DNA from: a virus
Taxonomy: Duplodnaviria > Caudoviricetes
Length of the DNA stretch: 37,897 bases
IMG/VR virus record: IMGVR_UViG_3300035670_000628
Span: 1 to 37,897 of that record
Strand: one strand, 5' to 3'
The stretch's first letter is position 1; the number at the start of each line of letters is the position of its first letter. This document shows, one piece after another, positions 9,622 to 18,605 of the stretch. The notes under the pieces are model-generated. The model saw only the letters and a list, made by a program, of their open reading frames with translations, was not told the origin of the DNA and did not search any database. The translations under genes were made by a program, and so were the position numbers.

Positions 9622-10329
9622 ATGACAAAACTTAGCCTCATTATGCTCACCAATACTGTAAATAATGATATTTACAAGATGACTCAAAATGCTTTAGATT
9701 CTCTTTATAGTTCAATAGGCTCTGAAAATTTCAATGTTGTTTTAGTTGAATCAAACAAAGATAGAGATTGGGATTATCAGCACGTAAATTTTTATCTTAA
9801 GCCACCAGTTGATTTCAATTACAATACATATTTAAATATTGCAATCGAAAACTGTGATTCAGAATACATTGCAATTGTAAATAACGATGTCAATTTTCAT
9901 AAAGATTGGTGGGTGAAAATGGAAGCAGCAATGATAAAGCACGAACTTGACACTGCTTCTCCTAGATCACCAACACAACAAAATGGAATCGTTCCAAGAG
10001 CAGAAATCAAACACAGATATACACCAGAAACAATGGTAAGAGTTGGTTTTGAACTTATTATCAACTTCTGTGGCTGGTGCTGGATTATGAAGAAAGAAGT
10101 GAAAGATTGGCTCTTCCCTTTAGATGAACAATTTGCTTTCTTTTTCCAAGATAACGATATAATTATGAGATTGCAAGAAAAAGGCTGCAAACACGGAATG
10201 GTTGCAGCGTCTAAAGTGGATCATTATGGGCAACGATCTCACGGGACATTCAAGAATCAAGAAGAATATATGAAAAACACATTTGCTCTTGAAAAGAATT
10301 TTATAGAAAAATGGAGGCATCGAATGTGA
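9622..10329 (+). CDS. glycosyltransferase family 2 protein
   Basis: LSLIMLT start, NYNTYLNIAI, IAIVNNDV, GWCWIM, LDEQFAFFFQDND, VDHYG. Confidence 0.85.
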   Translation: MTKLSLIMLTNTVNNDIYKMTQNALDSLYSSIGSENFNVVLVESNKDRDWDYQHVNFYLKPPVDFNYNTYLNIAIENCDSEYIAIVNNDVNFHKDWWVKMEAAMIKHELDTASPRSPTQQNGIVPRAEIKHRYTPETMVRVGFELIINFCGWCWIMKKEVKDWLFPLDEQFAFFFQDNDIIMRLQEKGCKHGMVAASKVDHYGQRSHGTFKNQEEYMKNTFALEKNFIEKWRHRM

Positions 10330-10345
10330 TGCCTCCATTTTAGTT

Positions 10346-11263
10346 TTACTTATTGATTAAAGATAATTCTTTCATTACGTGTTCAGCAAGTGCCTTAGTT
10401 GTATTGTACTTCTTCATATGGTCTAAAACTTCAGCTTGGAAATATTCATAATTCTGATCAAGCCACTTTGGATCATTCTTGTCAAAGAATGCAACCTTGG
10501 TCAATAATGCTTTTGGAAAACGCATCATAGAATATCTTGGACAGTTTACGACATCAGGGAACAAAGGCACACAACCATTCCCCATAATTTCATAATGTCT
10601 CAGACAATCCCAGCCAGCCTTTGGCATAGTGAAAGCATACTTTGAGAACATATAGTCTTGATAATATTCAGCTTCAGTATTAAAAACATAAGTCTTACGA
10701 TCACGAGGATCACTGTGAGCAATTCTACGCTCTTTCTTTTGTCCAGAATTTACTTTATTAGTTGGAAAAGCAAAACTAATTGGAAGAACATGCTGCATAT
10801 ATTCTTGAAGATACATTTGCTTTTGGTCAGGATATAGTTCTCGTTTAAAATAAACTACACCATCCTTGACTCTTTCTTCAAGGAACATATTTGTATCTTC
10901 TCCGTCAATAAATACAATCTTCTTCTTATCATAATTTTCAAGAACTAGCTGAAGATGATCCTGGCAACGCCAAATGCTTCCGTAAATTACATAATCGAAA
11001 TACTTGTTGCGAATCTTCTTTGCGATATCCTCACGATCTGCATTATCAGAAGTGATATTTCTGCAAATCGTAAATCCACGGCCATACTCAGTGGCTAATT
11101 GCTCATCAGAATAATCTGAGTAAAGATGAAATCTCTTATTGCAATCAACAACATCGTCGCCAAAAAGCTCCTTTAGTCCAAGAAGCAAACAGTCATCTTG
11201 ATAATCAGTCAGCCAAGGAAATTGCTGTGATCTTTGGTTTACAGAAATATATAGAATCTTCAT
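10346..11263 (-). CDS. glycosyltransferase-like protein (GT-B type)
   Basis: MKILYI start (ATG 11263), IVFIDGED, YFKREL, GWDCLRHYEIMGNGCVPLF. Confidence 0.7.
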   Translation of the reverse strand: MKILYISVNQRSQQFPWLTDYQDDCLLLGLKELFGDDVVDCNKRFHLYSDYSDEQLATEYGRGFTICRNITSDNADREDIAKKIRNKYFDYVIYGSIWRCQDHLQLVLENYDKKKIVFIDGEDTNMFLEERVKDGVVYFKRELYPDQKQMYLQEYMQHVLPISFAFPTNKVNSGQKKERRIAHSDPRDRKTYVFNTEAEYYQDYMFSKYAFTMPKAGWDCLRHYEIMGNGCVPLFPDVVNCPRYSMMRFPKALLTKVAFFDKNDPKWLDQNYEYFQAEVLDHMKKYNTTKALAEHVMKELSLINK

Positions 11264-11290
11264 ATGTATATTGTACACTCCGAAGCAAAA

Positions 11291-11845
11291 TTACGCTCTC
11301 ACTTCAATTGTACATTTTACGTCAACTTCATAATCAATGCAAAGGTCAGCAAGTTTGTTAAGTAAATTTAATTGACCAATCATTATAAGATTCATTGGTT
11401 TTGGATCAGAAATAGAAATTAATTCCAGGGCTGTTTCAATTCTTCTTTTTATTGCCACTGGATTATAAGACTTATTCTTTGCAATATTCAATGAATATAA
11501 TACTGGCAAAATATATTCATTGGTAATTTCCAATCTATTTAGACCATCTTGCAAATCACACATAAATAATTGAAAACTATAAGCAACTAATGGCTTATCC
11601 TCAATTATATATTCTCTGCAAAATTCGTGGTCATAATTAAGCTCGTATTTAAAGCTATTTTCTCTAAGGATTTTTTCCCATTCACTCATTGTTCTGCGAT
11701 TATTTAATTCAAGAATATCTTGCAGTAAAATGAGCATAATTGAGCTATAGTTTGATGGCGGAATTACTTGTCCTTTCCACAAAACATTTTCGGCACTGGG
11801 ATGATGTTTGATGTCAGGTTCAAAAACTAAAAGTGTATAGCCCAT
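11291..11845 (-). CDS. hypothetical protein
   Basis: 184 aa ORF; TAGAAT 6 nt upstream of ATG. Confidence 0.7.
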   Translation of the reverse strand: MGYTLLVFEPDIKHHPSAENVLWKGQVIPPSNYSSIMLILLQDILELNNRRTMSEWEKILRENSFKYELNYDHEFCREYIIEDKPLVAYSFQLFMCDLQDGLNRLEITNEYILPVLYSLNIAKNKSYNPVAIKRRIETALELISISDPKPMNLIMIGQLNLLNKLADLCIDYEVDVKCTIEVRA

Positions 11846-11865
11846 AATCTTATTCTACATTAAGA

Positions 11866-12336
11866 TTATTCTGGAACAATCAGTTTTTCGTATGTTTCAA
11901 AAAATTCTTGAGAAGCAATCCTGTATACCTCAGTGTAACTAGGAGATGGAGAAACAATATAATCTCCAGGCTTTAAGGACATTAACCTGCCCCATTTTGC
12001 TACGAATTCGAGTTCTGATCCATAATATCTGCAAGCGATAATTCGGCCTTTTGGTATATATATTGCTCCTTGATCATAATAATAGAAAAATTCATATCTG
12101 CTAAAAAGCATATCACAGGGAACAATATATTCTTCTTGACATTCTGTTTGTAAATTTTTCACTACAAAATCGCCTTCTTTTGCATAATTTGTAGTTTCTA
12201 ACCCATCAGCAGTCCAAGTTTCTATATATTGATTTTTGGTAGCAGGATAAGCATAAATTAAACAAGTTTTATAATACTCTTGTCCATTATCTCTTATTTC
12301 AGGAAAGAAATAAGAGTATGCTTCCTCTTGTGTCAT
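11866..12336 (-). CDS. PGDYG-like protein with internal duplication
   Basis: AKEGDFVV...EEYIV...FSRYE and LKPGDYIV...YRIA...FFETYE halves. Confidence 0.65.
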   Translation of the reverse strand: MTQEEAYSYFFPEIRDNGQEYYKTCLIYAYPATKNQYIETWTADGLETTNYAKEGDFVVKNLQTECQEEYIVPCDMLFSRYEFFYYYDQGAIYIPKGRIIACRYYGSELEFVAKWGRLMSLKPGDYIVSPSPSYTEVYRIASQEFFETYEKLIVPE

Positions 12337-13181
12337 TAGGATTCAAGCAATTGTTCGATATTGAAAAGGTTAGTTCCAACATCTTTTAAATTCATATAAA
12401 TTTCTGTAAGTTTTTTTACTTGTTCTTCTGGAAGATTATTAGGATTTTCAGCAGTATTTACCATACGATAATTTTCATCATAACTGCTTTTGACATCTCC
12501 TATTACAGAAGATATAAAACTTTGCATATCTTCTAATTTTCTAGAAATTTCATCTACATTTAATTCTGATAATTTTTCAACGACTTGTGAATATTGATCA
12601 GACAATGCGCTAGATTCATCACCATATTCTACTTCTGTACCTCTTCTGATATCCAATTCATCACGGGTTATATCGTTTCTCTTAAGCCAATCTAATTGTT
12701 GTCTGGTAGGATTAGTGTAAATTGTTGCATTAGCTCTACCATTGTTTAGATTTATTCTCATTGCACCAGTAAGTTCAGAAAGTACGTGTCTATCAGATCG
12801 GTCTTTTAAAGCTTCTGGATTTACACCTAATCTAGATAATAAATATTTATCAAACATTACGTGAGATCTTAAATTAGGCGTGACAGAACCATCAGGCATT
12901 ACATAAAATGCTTCATAAGGTGTGCTAAAATGTGTGTGGGTTTCTCTTGATCCACTAACCCATGGACTAGATTGATCAAATTCAGACATAATTTTAGAAA
13001 TTTCTGAATTGATTACAGACACCATTTCTTCTTCAGATCCATATTTTTCAATCAATTTTCTTTTGATTGTATCTGCGTCATCAGTTGCTGGATCTATATA
13101 AGATTTAGATTGAAGCTCATTTTGAATAATTTGCTCTGCTTCTTCTTTTGAAATTGCTTGTTTAATGAATGAATACCACAT
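12336..13181 (-). CDS. hypothetical protein with MWY leader
   Basis: MWYSFIKQA start; FYVMPDG...H...GAMRI...PTRQQ motifs. Confidence 0.7.
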   Translation of the reverse strand: MWYSFIKQAISKEEAEQIIQNELQSKSYIDPATDDADTIKRKLIEKYGSEEEMVSVINSEISKIMSEFDQSSPWVSGSRETHTHFSTPYEAFYVMPDGSVTPNLRSHVMFDKYLLSRLGVNPEALKDRSDRHVLSELTGAMRINLNNGRANATIYTNPTRQQLDWLKRNDITRDELDIRRGTEVEYGDESSALSDQYSQVVEKLSELNVDEISRKLEDMQSFISSVIGDVKSSYDENYRMVNTAENPNNLPEEQVKKLTEIYMNLKDVGTNLFNIEQLLES

Positions 13182-13204
13182 ACCAATAATATACTGGAAG
13201 AAAT

Positions 13205-13232
13205 AAAAAAGACCCTGATTATTCAGGGTCTT
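13205..13232 (-). terminator. intrinsic terminator
   Basis: GACCCTGA-TTAT-TCAGGGTC hairpin with T tract on the minus strand. Confidence 0.7.
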
Positions 13233-13779
13233 CGAATTTAAGAACTTGCTGTCCTGATAATATACTATTTATTTGAGCGCTATTATCAAATCCGTGTGTA
13301 AAAATATTTCTTGCAGAATTCAAATCTTCTTTAGATAATTCAAGTTTCAAAAATTTCATCAAAGCATTAAATCGTTCTTCATTTTCAGCAGGTGTGGATA
13401 TTGAATTATGAAGAGTGAACATTCCACTATCCATACCAAGACCATAAGTTTCAGGTCCAAAACCAAACTTATCGTATAGCAAACCTCTATAAGAACCATT
13501 ATCTTTGAAATAATTTTCAAAAATTACTTTTGTGATATGAAAGAATAATAAATGCTGATTGTCAACATCTAAAGATTGAAAATATTCTTTGGCTTTTTGC
13601 TCATATTGTTCCAAAGCTTCTTCTTCAATTTTTAATAATTCTTTATGTTCATCTGAATTTGAATATTCAGTGTATGAATTATAAATTTTTCCGTTTACTT
13701 CAAATGATTTACTCATTGGATTACCTGTGCTTTCTCGAATTGAATCTTCTTTTCTTTGTCTAATTTCATCCCAGTTCAT
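13219..13779 (-). CDS. hypothetical phage protein
   Basis: 186 aa; GSYRGLLYDKFGFGPETY...G...LHN motif. Confidence 0.7.
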   Translation of the reverse strand: MNWDEIRQRKEDSIRESTGNPMSKSFEVNGKIYNSYTEYSNSDEHKELLKIEEEALEQYEQKAKEYFQSLDVDNQHLLFFHITKVIFENYFKDNGSYRGLLYDKFGFGPETYGLGMDSGMFTLHNSISTPAENEERFNALMKFLKLELSKEDLNSARNIFTHGFDNSAQINSILSGQQVLKFEDPE

Positions 13780-13780
13780 A

Positions 13781-14002
13781 TTAATCTTTTACAGGTTCAA
13801 TATGAATACATTGGGCTTCTTCTTTTCTCAATCCAATATGACTTTCTCTACAATTCACCACCATCATATCTGAATGTTGTTTGTTGAGGATTGTTATTTT
13901 ACACCCAGGATTGAAACCTAATTCAGAAAGTCTTGTTCTGACAGTTCCACATATTGATTCAATTCTATAAGTATTACCTGCGAGACCATCAAATAAAGTC
14001 AT
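13781..14002 (-). CDS. feoA: FeoA-family SH3-like protein
   Basis: MTLFD...RTRLSELGFNPGCKITIL...IGLRKEEAQCIHIE fits the FeoA consensus; GGTGG upstream of ATG 14002. Confidence 0.8.
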   Translation of the reverse strand: MTLFDGLAGNTYRIESICGTVRTRLSELGFNPGCKITILNKQHSDMMVVNCRESHIGLRKEEAQCIHIEPVKD

Positions 14003-14003
14003 A

Positions 14004-14453
14004 TCACCACCATAATTCAAACCAAAGTTTAGAAAGATATTCTACCGCTAATCGAACATCATCAGTAAGCTTTTTTCTTTCTTCAATATCTACTGAATTG
14101 AAATATTTATCTGTAGCATAATAATTTTCGAAAGCTTGAATAATAAATCTCATCTTTTCATCATAAGATTCTTCAGTCTCACCATTTGCAATTCCATTAT
14201 TAACTTCCATAAATCTTTTCAATCTAGGAATGATAAATAATGCCATAGAGCGATCTAAATGCCAGGTTTCAGTGTCATCAAAGCCATTCTCAAATCTTTG
14301 TTTTTTATGTCGTTCTAATTCAATAGTGCCATTTTTATAACACTCTTCAGCGACACTAAAGCAAATATTATTTAATGCCTCTGGCTTTATAGATAATTGC
14401 AAGTAGTCTTTTGATTTCTTCTGGGTCGATTTTGATTCTTTTTGGCTCATCAT
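14004..14453 (-). CDS. hypothetical phage protein
   Basis: GFDDTETWHLD...IIPRLKRF...LWW motifs. Confidence 0.7.
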   Translation of the reverse strand: MMSQKESKSTQKKSKDYLQLSIKPEALNNICFSVAEECYKNGTIELERHKKQRFENGFDDTETWHLDRSMALFIIPRLKRFMEVNNGIANGETEESYDEKMRFIIQAFENYYATDKYFNSVDIEERKKLTDDVRLAVEYLSKLWFELWW

Positions 14454-14455
14454 CT

Positions 14456-14647
14456 TTACTCATTTTCTTCTTTATTAGCTTTGGAAAAATAATCCATACC
14501 ATTACGCAAGCACCAAACAGAAAGGGCACCCAAAAGAAAATCTGATGGTAATGTTCCAGTTGTTCGCCATACGTGAGTTACAGCAACCAAACCAATAACA
14601 TACCAAAAAAGTCCAGCAGCTTTGTTGTCGTCAATTTTGTTTTCCAT
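14456..14647 (-). CDS. small membrane protein
   Basis: Two hydrophobic segments; TGTGATATAAT 7 nt upstream of ATG. Confidence 0.7.
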   Translation of the reverse strand: MENKIDDNKAAGLFWYVIGLVAVTHVWRTTGTLPSDFLLGALSVWCLRNGMDYFSKANKEENE

Positions 14648-14664
14648 AATATATATTATATCAC

Positions 14665-14696
14665 AAAAAAAGAAGGCCTTGAAGCCTTCTTTTTTT
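14665..14696. terminator. intrinsic terminator
   Basis: A-run, GAAGGC-CTTGAA-GCCTTC, T-run. Confidence 0.8.
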
Positions 14697-14937
14697 ATTT
14701 ACTGAATTCTTGGAAATATGGACACTTTTGATATCCAGATCCATCTCTCACCCAACCATTACCTTTGCAACTTTCTTTGCCTTTTCCCAAACATTCACAA
14801 ACTCCGATTGGTTTTCCATTTCTAATAATGGCATTCTCAATTTTTGCTTGTTCTTCTGGTGTTAGATCAAGAAATTCTGCTACCGATCCAACTTGAAATC
14901 CGGCAGCTTCCAAACGCTTTTTCTTATTTTCATCCAT
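14695..14937 (-). CDS. antitoxin-like N-terminus fused to Cys-rich C-terminus
   Basis: MDENKKKRLEAAGFQVGSVAEFLDLTPEE followed by CECLG...CKGNGW...CP. Confidence 0.65.
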   Translation of the reverse strand: MDENKKKRLEAAGFQVGSVAEFLDLTPEEQAKIENAIIRNGKPIGVCECLGKGKESCKGNGWVRDGSGYQKCPYFQEFSK

Positions 14938-15160
14938 TATTAAATCTCTGAAATCTTTCTACAATTTCAAAATTTCCAGCTATAGGAAGTGTCAACATTT
15001 CGACTTGTTGCCAATCTTGCTGTATTTGATTAGAAATTATAGTTTTCATTTCTAAATTTCCATCAAAAATTCGCCAATATTTGACAGTATTTTTATCTGT
15101 GTTAGAAATTATTGAACCATGTTTTAGTTCATAAAATAAATCAAAATTTATTTTCAACAT
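14930..15160 (-). CDS. hypothetical protein, paralog of 17523..17741
   Basis: Shared YWR...L..K...DW......LP pattern. Confidence 0.7.
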   Translation of the reverse strand: MLKINFDLFYELKHGSIISNTDKNTVKYWRIFDGNLEMKTIISNQIQQDWQQVEMLTLPIAGNFEIVERFQRFNNG

Positions 15161-15576
15161 TACTCTTCCTCATCTTCCTCATCATCGTCAGATTCATCCA
15201 TCAAAACAGCAGATAAATCTTCTGGTACATTATCAATAGTATAGCCTTTACTATCAATAATTTCTACATCAAAATCATCTAACTGATCAAGCCAATCCCG
15301 GTAATCATCATATTCCGTGTCAAATTCATTCTGTAAATCACTGAAATCTAGCTCATATTGCTTACCATAGAATTTCATTGCTTTGTCAAATATTCTGCAA
15401 TCAGAATCAATTTCAAGATAAGCATAACCATCTTCATTCAATGGACTATCACTATTTCCTAAATAAGAATATTCTGAAATAGCATCAAAAATATTCAATT
15501 GGTCAAGAAGATCTAAACTTACTTTCCAATAATCGTGTCTGCCACAATCTACTGTTCCGATGACAACTTTTTCCAT
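15160..15576 (-). CDS. highly acidic hypothetical protein
   Basis: ISEYSY...YLEIDSD motif; D/E-rich C-terminal half. Confidence 0.7.
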   Translation of the reverse strand: MEKVVIGTVDCGRHDYWKVSLDLLDQLNIFDAISEYSYLGNSDSPLNEDGYAYLEIDSDCRIFDKAMKFYGKQYELDFSDLQNEFDTEYDDYRDWLDQLDDFDVEIIDSKGYTIDNVPEDLSAVLMDESDDDEEDEEE

Positions 15577-15587
15577 AATTAACCTTA

Positions 15588-16007
15588 CTAATCTTTAATA
15601 TTTACTTCAGCCTGTGCATCAAAAGCATAATCTACATTTGATTCAGGATCTTCACCCAAAATATCTGTTGCTTTTTCTATATATCCTTCAGGTTTTAAGT
15701 GAGGATACGCTGCTATGAATTTCTTTTTCATTTCATCAAAAAATTTATAATCACTTTCTGTTGGTGGAAATAGTTTAAATAATTGATATTGTAAGAAATG
15801 ATTTTCTTGTTCAATCATATCATCATAAGAAGGTAGTACAGGTCGCTCATTATTCTTATAAACTTCATCTCTAATTGCTCTCCATTCAGGTTGGTCGCAT
15901 TTACATTCACAATCAGAAACACACCATGATTTACCACACTCTGGACATATTGCTTGATTAACTCTACAATGCCAGCAATAACTCCATTTCAAATCTTCTT
16001 TAGTCAT
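15588..16007 (-). CDS. Cys-rich putative zinc-binding protein
   Basis: CWHC...CPECGKSWC..CECKC. Confidence 0.65.
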   Translation of the reverse strand: MTKEDLKWSYCWHCRVNQAICPECGKSWCVSDCECKCDQPEWRAIRDEVYKNNERPVLPSYDDMIEQENHFLQYQLFKLFPPTESDYKFFDEMKKKFIAAYPHLKPEGYIEKATDILGEDPESNVDYAFDAQAEVNIKD

Positions 16008-16008
16008 T

Positions 16009-16326
16009 TTATTCTTCGTCTTTAAAAAGTAATTGATCTTTGAATTTTAAACAATGTTCACAATCACAATCTTGAAATTCTTCCCAATCATCATCAGCTA
16101 ACAATTCACGGATAAAATTTTCTATTGTGTATTGATAACACCATTTTGTATGCATTTCAAAAAAATTGTTGAAATGTTCTCCATAATCATTACTTACTTC
16201 AATAGGATACCATTTGATTATAGAAGAAAATTCACCAGCCATAAAAGCAACTTTGTGATCGCCAGCTCTTCTTACTCTTGTAGCTTTATGCTCTTTGATA
16301 AGCTTAATAATTTCCCAACCTGTCAT
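16009..16326 (-). CDS. divergent DUF2829/Tad2-like protein
   Basis: MTGWEIIKLIKEHKATRVRR...LLADDDWEE; C-terminal CxxC. Confidence 0.45.
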   Translation of the reverse strand: MTGWEIIKLIKEHKATRVRRAGDHKVAFMAGEFSSIIKWYPIEVSNDYGEHFNNFFEMHTKWCYQYTIENFIRELLADDDWEEFQDCDCEHCLKFKDQLLFKDEE

Positions 16327-16538
16327 TCTAATATCTCCCAGTTATTATCGAAAGTTTCTTGAAATGCATTGGCAATTTCGTCAACAATATCAAGATGTTG
16401 ATGTGCCTCTGCTGCGTATTCACCTGATAATTCGATTGTATTATATTTACCAATAAAAATATAACAGCCTTCTGACCAAAACTTTTGCCGAACTTTTTTA
16501 CCTTCTTTGAGTGCTTTTATTGCTTCTTGCCAATTCAT
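16323..16538 (-). CDS. DUF2829/Tad2-like protein
   Basis: MNWQEAIKALKEGKKVRQKFW...NNWEIL. Confidence 0.65.
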   Translation of the reverse strand: MNWQEAIKALKEGKKVRQKFWSEGCYIFIGKYNTIELSGEYAAEAHQHLDIVDEIANAFQETFDNNWEILE

Positions 16539-16553
16539 ATTTTTCTCAATTCA

Positions 16554-16991
16554 TTATGGAATAATTTCACCGTTTTCAACAGCTTCATTGAAATCTCTGA
16601 TAATTTCAGCAGCAAATGGAGGACAAGGAGAAGGACCAGTTATTTCTCTTATTTTATTAAATATTTCAATCCAATTTTTGTCATCAACTAAATCAATAGT
16701 AAATTCTTCTTCTTCACCTGTGTCGTGATTTAAATTGTGCCATAAACCTTGCAAACTCCATATCTTAATCTCAAGGGAAGAATCATTACTATTTATATTC
16801 CATTCTAAAATGACATCATCTCCAACAGCAAATATTTTGGGCAAAGATAAATCTCTGGGATAATTTTTGGTTAAGAAATCAGAAAGAGAAACTAAATCTT
16901 CAGTGTAAAGTTCAGTGTATTCATTTGCTATCCAACCATTTGAAAATATTTCTTGAAATCTATCCCAAAAATATGTAAATTCTTTTTTCAT
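16554..16991 (-). CDS. hypothetical protein
   Basis: 145 aa; P-I...VILEW...SLEI pattern. Confidence 0.65.
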   Translation of the reverse strand: MKKEFTYFWDRFQEIFSNGWIANEYTELYTEDLVSLSDFLTKNYPRDLSLPKIFAVGDDVILEWNINSNDSSLEIKIWSLQGLWHNLNHDTGEEEEFTIDLVDDKNWIEIFNKIREITGPSPCPPFAAEIIRDFNEAVENGEIIP

Positions 16992-17218
16992 TCTTCAGTG
17001 TCCCAAAAATCTATATCCCAATCATCAGCTATAAGTTCACGATGTTCTAAATCAAGACTCCAGGTCCAAAGTTCACAATCTTCGCTGTAATGATATACAA
17101 AGGCTTTATCTTCTTTGTCATAATATAAATATTTATCTTCCCAGGAGGTTCTTGTGATTGGTTTACCTTCCATCAAAGCATCAAATACTTCTGTAAATTT
17201 CATTCTACTATCTCTCAA
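16988..17218 (-). CDS. DUF2829/Tad2-like protein
   Basis: MKFTEVFDALMEGKPITRTSW...LIADDWDI; true start may be the second Met (17203). Confidence 0.65.
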   Translation of the reverse strand: MRDSRMKFTEVFDALMEGKPITRTSWEDKYLYYDKEDKAFVYHYSEDCELWTWSLDLEHRELIADDWDIDFWDTEE

Positions 17219-17519
17219 TCTTCATACCAGTTTCTTTTTCAAATGCTCTGATAGTTCGCTCTCTTGGAGTAAGTTCTTCAAGTTCTTCATTTGCTTTTTG
17301 AAGAACATTGATATACTTTTGTAATTCTTCTTTGTGTAAAATGATTAAATCTGAATCAGTGTAGCCATTAAATAAAATCTTAAATCTATTTTTCCAAGAG
17401 AGCTTACCATTGTGAAATCCATAAAGCCATAAGCCAAGATTGACACAGTTATAATCTTTGTCAACTTTTACATGAAGAGAATGAGATCCACAGTCGCAGT
17501 TAATAATTTCAGTTTTCAT
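17208..17519 (-). CDS. hypothetical protein
   Basis: CDCGSH motif; within the operon. Confidence 0.65.
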   Translation of the reverse strand: MKTEIINCDCGSHSLHVKVDKDYNCVNLGLWLYGFHNGKLSWKNRFKILFNGYTDSDLIILHKEELQKYINVLQKANEELEELTPRERTIRAFEKETGMKIER

Positions 17520-17522
17520 ATT

Positions 17523-17741
17523 TTATTCTTGACTAACTTTCTTTAAGGTATATTTTGCTTCCATAGGTAATATAAGAAATTTTATCTCCATCCAATCAGT
17601 TTCACCAGATTGATGTTTCACTTTATTTTGAAGCTTGTTATCCTGAAATCTCCAATAAGTGGTATTCTTATCATCTTTCACACACAAAATATGGCCAGAA
17701 TTTAAGATTTCAATTACCTGTGTTGGAATAGAAAGCATCAA
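17523..17741 (-). CDS. hypothetical protein, paralog of 14930..15160
   Basis: Shared YWR/DW/LP pattern. Confidence 0.7.
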   Translation of the reverse strand: MMLSIPTQVIEILNSGHILCVKDDKNTTYWRFQDNKLQNKVKHQSGETDWMEIKFLILPMEAKYTLKKVSQE

Positions 17742-18037
17742 TCAACCTCAAAACTTTTTCTAAAGGTTTCTCTAACATTTTGATCCCATAGCATTTCAGA
17801 TGCAAAACCAATTTCACCATCTTCAAAATCTAAATAAACAGTTTTTCCATCTTCAGATAAATTAACACCAAGAACTTGACTTTTATCCAAATGAAACTCT
17901 TCACAAAAAATATCAGAAATTTCTTTCATATATTTCTTGAATTTTAGATAACTGTAAATTCTTCCACGAATATAGCTTTCAGAATAAATAAATCTATCAG
18001 CGCTCATTTCTGTCCTTAAGAATTTTTTCTTGTACAC
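17738..18037 (-). CDS. hypothetical protein
   Basis: Within the operon; start may be MSADR at 18007. Confidence 0.6.
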   Translation of the reverse strand: MYKKKFLRTEMSADRFIYSESYIRGRIYSYLKFKKYMKEISDIFCEEFHLDKSQVLGVNLSEDGKTVYLDFEDGEIGFASEMLWDQNVRETFRKSFEVD

Positions 18038-18548
18038 TGTTCACTTCAGCTACGACATCAACAACTTCCCAGTCATCTGCAATTAAATCTAAATAAATAA
18101 TCTTGCCGTATCTAGCATATTTACCAACACCCCAATCAGGATGCCAACTTTTACGCCTGATTGTTTTTCCAGCATTTAAATCGTCCAAAACATCTTTGAA
18201 TAATTTATTTGGAACTACCACCCAATCTTCAGCAAAAAGATCTTCAGTAGTGATTGTAGATTCTGCATGATCATATTTTTTAGGAAATAATGTAAGACTT
18301 GGATTGCCTTCTCTTGACATCATTTTGCCATGACCTAACATTTTAACAGCCCAATTGATATCTCTCTTAAGTTCTATGTTATTCGTCTTAAGAAAGCTAT
18401 CAAAACTACTTCCTATATGCTTATTCTCTACAGAATATGGTAAATAATCTTCACCTGGATCAATATAATTCATAGCAGCTTTATTGAACTTTGCTTTCTT
18501 AATTTCAACATCGTAATAATATTTTTGATTTTTAGGTAATTTATCCAT
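17997..18548 (-). CDS. tandem DUF2829/Tad2-like domains preceded by an antitoxin-like motif
   Basis: NKHIGSSFDSFLK; WAVKMLGHGKMMSREG...DLFAEDWVVV; FKDVLDDLNAGKTIRRKSW...DLIADDWEVV. Confidence 0.7.
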   Translation of the reverse strand: MDKLPKNQKYYYDVEIKKAKFNKAAMNYIDPGEDYLPYSVENKHIGSSFDSFLKTNNIELKRDINWAVKMLGHGKMMSREGNPSLTLFPKKYDHAESTITTEDLFAEDWVVVPNKLFKDVLDDLNAGKTIRRKSWHPDWGVGKYARYGKIIYLDLIADDWEVVDVVAEVNSVQEKILKDRNER

Positions 18549-18563
18549 ATCTTATAATACCAT

Positions 18564-18601
18564 AAAAAAAGAACTCACAAGTATTTCTTGTGAGTTCTTT
18601 T
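18564..18601. terminator. intrinsic terminator
   Basis: AAAAGAACTCACAAG-TATTT-CTTGTGAGTTCTTTT. Confidence 0.8.
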
Positions 18602-18605
18602 CAAT

